A stretch of 64,000 nt of DNA, taken from assembly GCA_040220235.1 (NCBI GenBank), contig JAVJTO010000060.1; one strand, 5' to 3'. A program made the translations under genes and the position numbers. The notes beneath the pieces were generated by a model that ran no database searches, had not been told where the DNA came from, and saw only the letters and a list, made by a program, of their open reading frames with translations. Of the stretch, positions 41,416 through 50,184 are shown in pieces. The stretch comes from Coleofasciculus sp. B1-GNL1-01. GTDB taxonomy: Bacteria; Cyanobacteriota; Cyanobacteriia; Cyanobacteriales; Coleofasciculaceae. How positions within the stretch are numbered: the stretch's first letter is position 1; every line of letters starts with the position of its first letter.

Positions 41416-42282
41416 TTACTTAAGGTAACTCAAAGTAGTCAAAATTCGTCTTCTCGTATCTTTAAAGGCTCTACGACCATGCAAAAATCTTGAATTATCA
41501 ATCATAGCTAGGTCACCGGATTGCCACGGTATCCTTTCCGTTAACCTATTCATGATTTCCTTAATTCCATTGATAACTGTCTCAGGAATCGGTGAACCAT
41601 CTTCAAATGTTACGACTCCCCTGGGATTTTTATACTCTGAAATTAAGCTATTCGCAAATGCCTCATGATTCCCATATTTAGTTTTTACCACAGCCGAGCA
41701 AACATAGTCAAGAGAAACGGATTGATCGCGGTTAATCTGATAACTTACTCCCTCAAGACCATCAAGAGTCCTCTTTACATCAACAAGCGTAGAGCCTGTT
41801 CCTAGAAAATGTCTCCAAGCGGCAGCAGGGAATTTTTGAAAAAACCTTATTTTCTTGTCAATAAACAACGTCCTTAACTCTTCCCTCATTTCCTGCCACA
41901 CCCGCACGCCATCCCAAACCAGTGTTTCACCCCCTTGTGCTACGGGTACGACACAGCAAAACCAAATAACATCGGGTCGAAAGGGAGAATTAGCGTGTTC
42001 ACAGTGGGGACTAATGTAATGGGTTCCTCCATCTACCAAACCAACAAACCCATCTCTAGAATCAACACGTCTTCTCGTTTCATCTCGAACAAATCTAGAA
42101 CTAAATTGTTCGGCAAAGGCTTTCATTTTTTGAGCGTCAACCTCAAATCCTCGAAACAGAATGAATCCACAGGACTTAAACTCTTCTAGGATTTGTGCGG
42201 TTGAGAGTCCCAAAAGCCCCAGATTATGCTCATTTTTGATGATTTTAGTCTCTTGGGTCTTTAAGAATGAAGATTGAATCAT
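41416..42282 (-). CDS. Stand-alone TauD/TfdA-family Fe(II)/2-oxoglutarate dioxygenase
   Basis: GFILFRGF, HCE (HxD/E), IWFCC...GGET, WQSGDLAMIDNSRFLHGRR. Confidence 0.85.
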   Translation of the reverse strand: MIQSSFLKTQETKIIKNEHNLGLLGLSTAQILEEFKSCGFILFRGFEVDAQKMKAFAEQFSSRFVRDETRRRVDSRDGFVGLVDGGTHYISPHCEHANSPFRPDVIWFCCVVPVAQGGETLVWDGVRVWQEMREELRTLFIDKKIRFFQKFPAAAWRHFLGTGSTLVDVKRTLDGLEGVSYQINRDQSVSLDYVCSAVVKTKYGNHEAFANSLISEYKNPRGVVTFEDGSPIPETVINGIKEIMNRLTERIPWQSGDLAMIDNSRFLHGRRAFKDTRRRILTTLSYLK

Positions 42283-42321
42283 GGCAAATTTTCTTTAGTA
42301 TCAGGGTTTGGGCTTCAGATT

Positions 42322-45300
42322 TCATCTGTGAAAGGGTTTACGTCGCTGGCTGACTTCTAGTTGCTTCTGAACTCGGTCGCGCATTGCCCCAAAAAAAGGC
42401 TGTTGCTTTTGCTTTTGGCTTAAGTATTGCACCAATGTTTTGATCGTTGGATTTTGGAACATTTCTATAATTGACAAATTCCAGTTAAAACGCTCCCGGA
42501 GTTGGCTGTGAACCTGAATGATTAACAAGGAATGACCGCCGAGGTCAAAGAAATTGTCATTAATGCCCACTTTTTCCAGGTGTAATACGTCTCGCCAAAT
42601 CGTCGCGATCGCACGTTCCACTTCCGAACGAGGCGCCTCATAAGTCGCTGTCAACATTGGGCGTAAACCTTCAGACGCAGGCAAGGCATGGCGATCGACT
42701 TTGCCATTGGGCAAGAGCGGTAGAGCCTCCAGCAAGACGAATATAGAAGGCACCATATAATCAGGCAGCCATTCCTTGAGATAGCTTCGCAGTTCGTCCG
42801 TTGTAGGAGTGTCAGCACTATTGGAAACGACATAGGCTACCAGTTGCATTGCATCACTGTCCTCCTCCTGTGCGAGAACCACGACTTCTCGCACCCTTGG
42901 ATGTTTAACCAATACCGCCTCAACTTCTCCGAGTTCGATGCGGAAGCCGCGAATCTTCACTTGGTTGTCAATACGTCCGAGAAATTCGATCGTTCCATCG
43001 GGTAAGTAGCGAGCTAAATCACCAGTTTTGTACAGACGATTGAATTTTGAATGTTCAAAGGGGTTCGGAATAAACTTCTCGGCTGTCAACTCCGGACGGT
43101 TGAGATAACCTCGCGCCAAACCAATACCGCCAATGTGCAACTCACCGGGAACTCCAACGGGAACAGGCTGTAAGTGCTGATCCAGTAAATAAATTTGGGT
43201 GTTGGCAATGGGACGACCAATCGGCACAATTCGCTCTTTGCTACCCGGCTGGCAAACCCAGAAGGTAACATCAATTGCGGCTTCCGTTGGTCCGTAAAGA
43301 TTATGCAGTTCTGCATTCAGACGAGCAAAGAATCGTTCTTGCAGGTCAACCGAGAGTGTTTCGCCACTACAAATAACCCGCTTGATGCTACTACAGGCAT
43401 TCAGAGAGGGTTCCTCTAGAAAGAGTTGCAACATTGAGGGAACAAAGTGCAGGGTAGTGATTTGCTCTTTGGCAATGAGTTCGACAAGATAAGTACTATC
43501 TCGATGACCTTCGGGCTTTGCTAACACTAGATGAGCACCTACAATCAGGGGCCAGAAGAATTCCCAAACCGACACATCAAAACTGAACGGTGTCTTCTGT
43601 AAAACCCTGTCTGTGGCTGTTAATGGATAGGTATCCTGCATCCACAGCAAGCGGTTACATAAGCCTTGGTGGGTATTCATCGCCCCTTTCGGTTGACCCG
43701 TGGAGCCAGAGGTATAAATAAGATATGCTAGGTTTTCAAGGGTTATACCACTGCTCGGATTGTCCTGACTCTGATGAGCTAGCACTTGCCCGTCGGCATC
43801 TAGGCACACCACCTTAGCGTTGTGTTGAGGCAGTACGTTCGCGAACTTGGTTTGAGTTAGGAGTACGGACAGGCAAGCATCTTCCAGCATGAACGCTAGA
43901 CGCTCTTGAGGATAGGTGGGGTCTAATGGTACATAAGCTCCTCCAGCTTTGAGAATACCTAAGAGTCCAATCACCATTTCCAGCGATCGCTCCACGCATA
44001 TTCCCACCAGTACCTCTGGTGCCATGCCCAGCTTTTGCAGATAGTGCGCCAACTGATTTGCGCGGTTGTTTAACTCTCGGTAAGTCAGTTGCTGGTTCTC
44101 AAAAACTACAGCAGTTGCATCTGGTGTTCGCTTTACTTGAGCTTCAAAAAGCTGATGGATACAGAAATCTTTGGGATATTCTGTCTGTGTATCATTCCAA
44201 ACCACGAGCTGTTGATGCTGCTCTGCTTTTGACAAGAGGGGCAAGTCCGAAAGGCGTTGGTCGGGATTGGCGACAATACCCTCTAATAAGTTACTAAAAT
44301 GTCCCAGCATCCGGGTAATTGTGGCATTCTCAAATAAATCAGTATTGTACTCAAAGGAAGCAGTCAATTCTCCGGGTTTGATTTCAACAAACAGGCTTAA
44401 ATCAAACTGCGAGGTCAGGCTTTCTACCTTTAACTGGTTTAAGGTTAACCCCGGAATTTCCTCAAGTTGTGGAGCATTCTGGAGAGTAAAAGATACTTGG
44501 AATAGAGGATTATAACTAACATCCCGCTGGGGTCGAAGTGTCTCCACCAACTGCTCGAATGGTAAATCATGATGAGTATAAGCCCCCAGTGCCACCTGAC
44601 GTACCCTACCCAGCAGTTCTCGAAAACTGGGGTTTCCTCCTAAGTTAGTACGCAATACTAAGGTGTTGACAAAAAAACCAATCAGCTCTTTGAGTTCGCT
44701 GTGATTGCGGTTAGCAATGGGTGAGCCTACAGGAATGTCATTTTGCCCTGTGTAGCGGTAGAGAAAAGTCTGAAATGTCGCTAACAGCACCATAAATAGG
44801 GTGACACCCTCTTGACGCGAGAGCGCCTTCAGCTTATCAGTTAGGGTTTGGGGTAACTCTAAAGATTGGCTTGCACCCCGAAAAGTCTGAACTGCCGGTC
44901 GTGGATGGTCTGTAGGCAGTTGCAAAACAGCGGGAACACCTTCTAGTTGTTGTTTCCAATAGTTAAGCTGGGTTTCTAGCTGCTCTCCCTGAAGCCATTG
45001 CCGTTGCCAGTAAACAAAGTCTTTATACTGAATGGACAGTTCAGGTAAAGGCAAAGAACTTTCGGTCAAAAATGCTTTGTAAAGCGTTACCATCTCCTGA
45101 ATGAACACCTCTGCCGACAATCCATCCAAAATAATGTGATGCATGGTTAGCAGAAGCCTGTATTTTTGTTGACCTAAACGCACGAGTTTGGCACGCAGTA
45201 GCGGTCCGTGGGTTAGGTCAAAAGGTTGCTGACTCTCTTGAGTCGCGACCCGCTGTGCCTCAGACTCACGCTCTAATTCCGGAAGTTCTTGGTAATCAAC

Positions 45301-47691
45301 GACCGACAGAATTACCCTTAAAGAAGGAGCGATAATTTGAACGGGTTGACCATTGACGATAGAAAAGGTAGTTCGTAGAATCTCGTGACGACGCACAATT
45401 TCATTAAGGCTGCGTTCTAATAACGTCACCTTTAGCGAACCTTCTAAGCGAATGGCAAATGAAATATTGTAAGCCGGATTACCAGGCTCTAATTGGTCAA
45501 TAACCCACAGCCTCTGCTGGGCAAAAGAGAGAGGATGAATATTAGTGGCTGTCGTGGCTTTTTCAAGGGGAAGTGATGGTATACAATCGGCAGATTTCAG
45601 TTGTTCTAGTATCTTGATCGCCCATTGGGTAATACTTGATCCTTCAAAAAAGTCCCCTATCGATACCGTTACTTCCAGGTCAACTTCAATTCGATTTTTT
45701 AACTCGAAGACTCTTAAAGAATCCAATCCTAAACTGCTTAAGGAGTGCTGGAGGTTGATTTTAGACGGTATTATTTGCATCACCTGAGCCACCAACTTCT
45801 GAAGATAAGATTCTAGAAGTAACTGACCCTCACCCGGTGGAAGAGATAGGAGAGCATCGCGATTAAGACTAGGAATTGTTTCTACAAAACCAGCAACGTT
45901 CAGGATACTACGTTCTATGACAATCAGATTGCCTGCCAAGAACTTAGCTTTACAAGCACGACGTTGAATCTTACCACTAGACGTCTTGGGTATACTCCCA
46001 GGTTTAATTAAAACCACTCCATAAACTTGCACTTCATGGTCTTCAGTCACAGCCTGACGAATGGCGGCGGTTACTTCCTCAATATTAGGTTTGGCGCGAA
46101 ACTCCAGTTCTTGAACCACAACCAATCGTTCTTCATTGTCAACCTCTACCGTAAACGCTGCACCACTTCCTGTTCTCAGGGACGGATGACTACGTTCTAC
46201 TGTCCGTTCAATATCCTGGGGGTAAAGATTACGACCGCGAATAATAATTAAATCCTTCAATCGACCCGTAATAAAGAGTTCCCCATTCTGCAAAAACCCC
46301 AAGTCTCCTGTCCGCAAAAAAGGTCCTTGACCTGTATCGGATAAATAGGCGCGGAATGTTTTTTCGGTCTCTTCCCGTTGATGCCAATAACCATAACCGA
46401 TACTGGCACCGGATACCCAGATTTCACCAATCTCATTGGGTAGACATTGGGTGAATGTTTCAGGATGAACAATACGAATTGTCTGATCCGGTAGGGTTTG
46501 ACCGCAACCGACTAAAGCGTAAATTGTTTTATTTTGATGCTCGGTGCTGGCTTCAATCGCTTGATTGCGTTCTAGCGCATCTCCTTGAATCGTTTTGAAC
46601 ACGGGTGGAGCTGTTTTTCGACCCCCAGATACCATCAAACTTGCTTCTGCCATTCCATAACAGGGATAGAAGGCTTCCGGACGAAAGCCGCAGGGGGCAA
46701 ATTTGGTACAGAATTTCTCCAAAGTCTCTTGTCGGATAGGTTCAGCACCATTAAACGCAACATCCCAGCAACTTAAATCTAGGGTTTCTAGCTGCTCTGG
46801 CGTAATTCTTTGCAGACATAATTCATAGGCAAAATTGGGTCCACCACTGGTTGTACCTTGGTAACGGGAAATGGCTTGCAACCAACGGTAAGGACGTTGG
46901 AGAAATGCCGCCGGAGGCATTAAAATGCAAGGAAATCCCCCATACAAGGGTTGCAAAATTCCCCCAATTAATCCCATGTCATGGTACGTCGGCAACCACG
47001 ACACAAATTTACTCTGAGGCGAATGTTCCATGAGACGGTACGTCATGGCGGCATTGTGTAGCAGGTTACCATGACTGAGCATGACTCCCTTGGGTGTCCC
47101 AGTAGACCCTGATGTATATTGCAAAAAGGCTAATGTATCTGTGGTTATTGAAGGCTCTTGCCAACGTTCTTCTAGTCCATTCCCCAGACTATCTGTTGTC
47201 AGCCACTGTAAATCCCCAAGGGCAGTTTTTTCAGCAAGTAGAGATTGCACCTTAGATAAGGTTGCTGTTGTCGTCAGAGCGATCGCGGCTTGAGCGTTTG
47301 CCACAACTGCCTGTATCCTGGGCATATTCCGTTGGTTGCGAGGTGGATAAGCCGGAACTGCAACCACCCCAGCATACAGACACCCAAAAAATGCTGCCAG
47401 ATACTCTAACCCGGGTGGATACAGCAATAGGGCGCACTCACCACTTAAACCTAACGCCTGAAGTTGAGAAGCGATCGCTCTTGCCTGCCGATCTAACTCT
47501 CCATAGGTTAAGCGATCGCCTTCGGTTTCGCCATCGGGTAAAAAGGTGAAAGCTAATTGGTTCGGTTGGTGTAGCGTTCGTTGACGCAGCAGATCCACCC
47601 AGGTTGAACCATTCAATAGGATTTCTGGACAAAGGCTTGAAGATTGGATGCGTTTACTTTGCATACTCGGTGCAACCCTGAACTTTTGCAT
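42322..47691 (-). CDS. Starter NRPS: fatty acyl-AMP ligase-ACP-C-A(Ser)-T
   Basis: FAAL motifs LQYTSGSTGTPKG, WLPTYHDMGLIG, YGMAEA, GRNLYPQDIE, PKTSSGKIQR; ACP LGLDSL; C HHIILDG; A code DVWH(I/F)SLIDK (Ser); T GGHSL. Confidence 0.93.
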   Translation of the reverse strand: MQKFRVAPSMQSKRIQSSSLCPEILLNGSTWVDLLRQRTLHQPNQLAFTFLPDGETEGDRLTYGELDRQARAIASQLQALGLSGECALLLYPPGLEYLAAFFGCLYAGVVAVPAYPPRNQRNMPRIQAVVANAQAAIALTTTATLSKVQSLLAEKTALGDLQWLTTDSLGNGLEERWQEPSITTDTLAFLQYTSGSTGTPKGVMLSHGNLLHNAAMTYRLMEHSPQSKFVSWLPTYHDMGLIGGILQPLYGGFPCILMPPAAFLQRPYRWLQAISRYQGTTSGGPNFAYELCLQRITPEQLETLDLSCWDVAFNGAEPIRQETLEKFCTKFAPCGFRPEAFYPCYGMAEASLMVSGGRKTAPPVFKTIQGDALERNQAIEASTEHQNKTIYALVGCGQTLPDQTIRIVHPETFTQCLPNEIGEIWVSGASIGYGYWHQREETEKTFRAYLSDTGQGPFLRTGDLGFLQNGELFITGRLKDLIIIRGRNLYPQDIERTVERSHPSLRTGSGAAFTVEVDNEERLVVVQELEFRAKPNIEEVTAAIRQAVTEDHEVQVYGVVLIKPGSIPKTSSGKIQRRACKAKFLAGNLIVIERSILNVAGFVETIPSLNRDALLSLPPGEGQLLLESYLQKLVAQVMQIIPSKINLQHSLSSLGLDSLRVFELKNRIEVDLEVTVSIGDFFEGSSITQWAIKILEQLKSADCIPSLPLEKATTATNIHPLSFAQQRLWVIDQLEPGNPAYNISFAIRLEGSLKVTLLERSLNEIVRRHEILRTTFSIVNGQPVQIIAPSLRVILSVVDYQELPELERESEAQRVATQESQQPFDLTHGPLLRAKLVRLGQQKYRLLLTMHHIILDGLSAEVFIQEMVTLYKAFLTESSLPLPELSIQYKDFVYWQRQWLQGEQLETQLNYWKQQLEGVPAVLQLPTDHPRPAVQTFRGASQSLELPQTLTDKLKALSRQEGVTLFMVLLATFQTFLYRYTGQNDIPVGSPIANRNHSELKELIGFFVNTLVLRTNLGGNPSFRELLGRVRQVALGAYTHHDLPFEQLVETLRPQRDVSYNPLFQVSFTLQNAPQLEEIPGLTLNQLKVESLTSQFDLSLFVEIKPGELTASFEYNTDLFENATITRMLGHFSNLLEGIVANPDQRLSDLPLLSKAEQHQQLVVWNDTQTEYPKDFCIHQLFEAQVKRTPDATAVVFENQQLTYRELNNRANQLAHYLQKLGMAPEVLVGICVERSLEMVIGLLGILKAGGAYVPLDPTYPQERLAFMLEDACLSVLLTQTKFANVLPQHNAKVVCLDADGQVLAHQSQDNPSSGITLENLAYLIYTSGSTGQPKGAMNTHQGLCNRLLWMQDTYPLTATDRVLQKTPFSFDVSVWEFFWPLIVGAHLVLAKPEGHRDSTYLVELIAKEQITTLHFVPSMLQLFLEEPSLNACSSIKRVICSGETLSVDLQERFFARLNAELHNLYGPTEAAIDVTFWVCQPGSKERIVPIGRPIANTQIYLLDQHLQPVPVGVPGELHIGGIGLARGYLNRPELTAEKFIPNPFEHSKFNRLYKTGDLARYLPDGTIEFLGRIDNQVKIRGFRIELGEVEAVLVKHPRVREVVVLAQEEDSDAMQLVAYVVSNSADTPTTDELRSYLKEWLPDYMVPSIFVLLEALPLLPNGKVDRHALPASEGLRPMLTATYEAPRSEVERAIATIWRDVLHLEKVGINDNFFDLGGHSLLIIQVHSQLRERFNWNLSIIEMFQNPTIKTLVQYLSQKQKQQPFFGAMRDRVQKQLEVSQRRKPFHR

Positions 47692-47884
47692 CTGACGATT
47701 TCAGCGATATCAAATCCCGTCAAACTCGATACCATCGGTTTGGTCATTTCAATACGGATTACTCGCTGTGGTGATCAAGACAAGAGCTTATCCAAAGGCT
47801 CTGGTTTGACCATCTCACCTGATAGCCGTGCCAACACAAGACGTTATGCTGCACTGTACGGCTATGGCGTTTTTCCACCCGCTT

Positions 47885-47944
47885 ATTGATATCTATTTTT
47901 AATTAACCTCTGTTAAGGTACAGCAGGTTTCTCAATCTCGTCAA
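47885..47944 (-). promoter_or_regulatory. Putative sigma70-type promoter plus Fur-box-like operator of the NRPS/PKS operon
   Basis: Minus strand: TTGACG-18 nt-TACCTT followed by ATTAAAAATAGATATCAAT. Confidence 0.6.
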
Positions 47945-48104
47945 GCCTTAATCGAAAATATTTTTCATTTATTTATGCCTTCCCTAGTCTGTCCCAATCT
48001 TGCCCAGGGGACTAAAAAGACCCAAAGCCTTATCTATAGAGGGTTTCGGCAGAATTATAATCCTGTCCGATCACCATCCTTATCAAATCTTCATAATATT
48101 TCTC

Positions 48105-48164
48105 TTGACAGGGGCAACAGCGCCAGTTTAGGTTTAGCTCTTGCTGATGCAAATAGTTATCAAT
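48105..48164 (+). promoter_or_regulatory. Putative promoter plus Fur-box-like operator of the fhuF-MFS-acylase-TE operon
   Basis: TTGACA(48105)-18 nt-TAGGTT, then ATGCAAATAGTTATCAAT (48147-48164). Confidence 0.6.
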
Positions 48165-48208
48165 AAATTAGATGGCGCGATCGCGCAATTGGGTGTGTAA
48201 GGAGAGAA

Positions 48209-48808
48209 ATGAAGCGAACGAAATTACTGCCGTACTTACAAGGGTTCAGCGCTATTATCGTCAACAATGATGTTCGGACTAGACCTGAGCCGCTATGAAT
48301 TCACCGAACAGCGTGATCTATGCTCCCCGGTTTCCTACCCCTATCCCGGAAGACTACACAGGCAAATTAGTGAGTAGCGTGGACGAACTGCATCGAGCGG
48401 TATTCACAGGTTTATTTCACAACCACTTAGCAGTAGTCATTGAGCGGGTGAACGCCCTAACGAAGCTATCAAAAAGTGTGATGTGGGGTAAATGCTGCTA
48501 GCGCCTGTGCTATTTTGTATAACTGGCTTGCCCCATGTCCTAATACAGACGTGCAAAGAACCAGCGATCGCAGCGCTCTGCTGGAGAACAAATCAAGTCC
48601 TGTGATGCCCCATCGAAATCCCCTCTACAAGCTGATGCGCTCTGAGAAACTCAGCCAACCCGATTTACCTGCCGAAGTAACCATTAGAGGAACCTGCTGC
48701 CTAATGTTCCGAATGCCACCAAAATTCCATGCCTGTGAAAGTTGCCCTCTGCTTAAAACACAAGAGCGGGTTGAGCTAATTAGACAAACAATGGCTAAGG
48801 CTGATTAG
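48209..48808 (+). pseudogene. Frameshifted FhuF-like ferric-siderophore reductase (2Fe-2S)
   Basis: The C-terminal ORF has RGTCCLMFRMPPKFHACESCPL (CC-x10-C-x2-C). Removing one A at 48490-48492 joins 48295..48501 to it as MWGNAASACAIL. The upstream RBS/ATG at 48209 stops after 29 codons. Confidence 0.7.
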
Positions 48809-48842
48809 ATGTCTTGCGTTTATTTAGGAACAGAGAATAGCC

Positions 48843-50171
48843 ATGAACTCACAGCATCGACCGAACAGCCTACGCACATTTACTATCGTTTGGATTGGGC
48901 AAGTCGCCTCAATCCTGGGTTCCAAAATGACGAACTTTGCTGTGCTCATCTGGATGTGGCAACTGACTGGCGAGGTAACACCCCTGTCCTTACTCGCCTT
49001 TTTTAACCAAATCCCCATCCTCATCGCTGCTGCCTTCGCTGGAGTCATTATTGACTACTGGAATCGCAAGCTGATGATGATTGTCGGAGATGTCATGGCA
49101 GGACTGTCCACAGTTATTATTTTTGTGCTATTCCTAACTGGCAATCTGGCAATTTGGCATCTTTACCTGACAGGTGCTGTCAATGGGTTGTTTGGCTACC
49201 TCCAGGAACTGGCGTTCTCGGCATCCCAAGCCCTAATTGTTCCAAAGCAGCATTACGTCAGAGTTGGTGCTATGGGTTCAATGAAGACCTTTGGCTCTGG
49301 TGTCCTCGCCCCAGCGCTGGCAGGCGTACTCTACTACATCATTGGTCTTTCCGGCATTTTGATCATTGACTTCATTACCTTCCTGATTGCCATCGGCACG
49401 CTAACCCTCGTAAAAATTCCTCAACCCAAACCAAGTGAAGTGAACCAAGCCAGCACTGGCAAACGTTGGCAGCAATTGACGTTGGGTTTCCGTTACCTGT
49501 TTAACCGTCCTAGTCTCATTGCTCTCCAACTCTTTGCCCTGAGTTATATCTTCGTTGATACAGCATCTGAGGTTGTTGCACCGATGATGTTAGCTCGCAG
49601 TGGCAATAATACGGCGGTACTCGGTAGCGTCCAAGGAGCCGTTGGACTTGGTGGTTTAATCGGGGCAATTTTGCTAAGTCTTTGGGGAGGACCCAAGCGT
49701 CGCATCCAGGGTCTGTTAATCGGTAGAGCGTTAGTCTTTGGCGGTGAAATGTTCCTGGGTTTAGGGCGTTTGCCCTCTATTTGGATGGGAGCCAACTTTG
49801 GCGCAGGTTTATTTAAACCCTTAGCCAATAGCTGTGAAAGTGCTATCTGGCTGTCTAAAGTGGAACCGAACGTGCAGGGACGAGTGTTTGCTGCCAGTTC
49901 TTTTCTCGAAGGAATCATCTCACCACTAGGGCTATTGATAGCTGGTCCCTTAGCCGACTATGTTTTTGAGCCAGCGATGATGCCCGGGGGTAGTCTCGCT
50001 CCCATCTTGGGGAATGTGTTTGGTACGGGTGCAGGTAGTGGGATGGCACTTCAACTGACCCTCTTCTCGTTTATTGTCGTCCTTATCTGTCTGGGTAGTT
50101 ATGCTTTTCCAGTGTTGCGAGATATAGAAGATAGTTTACCCGATCATGATGTCGAGGCGAAGTCGGCATAA
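48843..50171 (+). CDS. MFS transporter (MefA/DHA3-like), probable siderophore exporter
   Basis: Many hydrophobic segments; FTIVWIGQVASILGS, GVIIDYWNRK, VQGRVFA. Confidence 0.85.
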   Translation: MNSQHRPNSLRTFTIVWIGQVASILGSKMTNFAVLIWMWQLTGEVTPLSLLAFFNQIPILIAAAFAGVIIDYWNRKLMMIVGDVMAGLSTVIIFVLFLTGNLAIWHLYLTGAVNGLFGYLQELAFSASQALIVPKQHYVRVGAMGSMKTFGSGVLAPALAGVLYYIIGLSGILIIDFITFLIAIGTLTLVKIPQPKPSEVNQASTGKRWQQLTLGFRYLFNRPSLIALQLFALSYIFVDTASEVVAPMMLARSGNNTAVLGSVQGAVGLGGLIGAILLSLWGGPKRRIQGLLIGRALVFGGEMFLGLGRLPSIWMGANFGAGLFKPLANSCESAIWLSKVEPNVQGRVFAASSFLEGIISPLGLLIAGPLADYVFEPAMMPGGSLAPILGNVFGTGAGSGMALQLTLFSFIVVLICLGSYAFPVLRDIEDSLPDHDVEAKSA

Positions 50172-50184
50172 TTGCTTTTTCTAA

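Noticed and set aside
103..47549. Numerous 60-140 aa ORFs antisense or out of frame to the NRPS/PKS genes
   Set aside because: Shadow ORFs without recognisable motifs.
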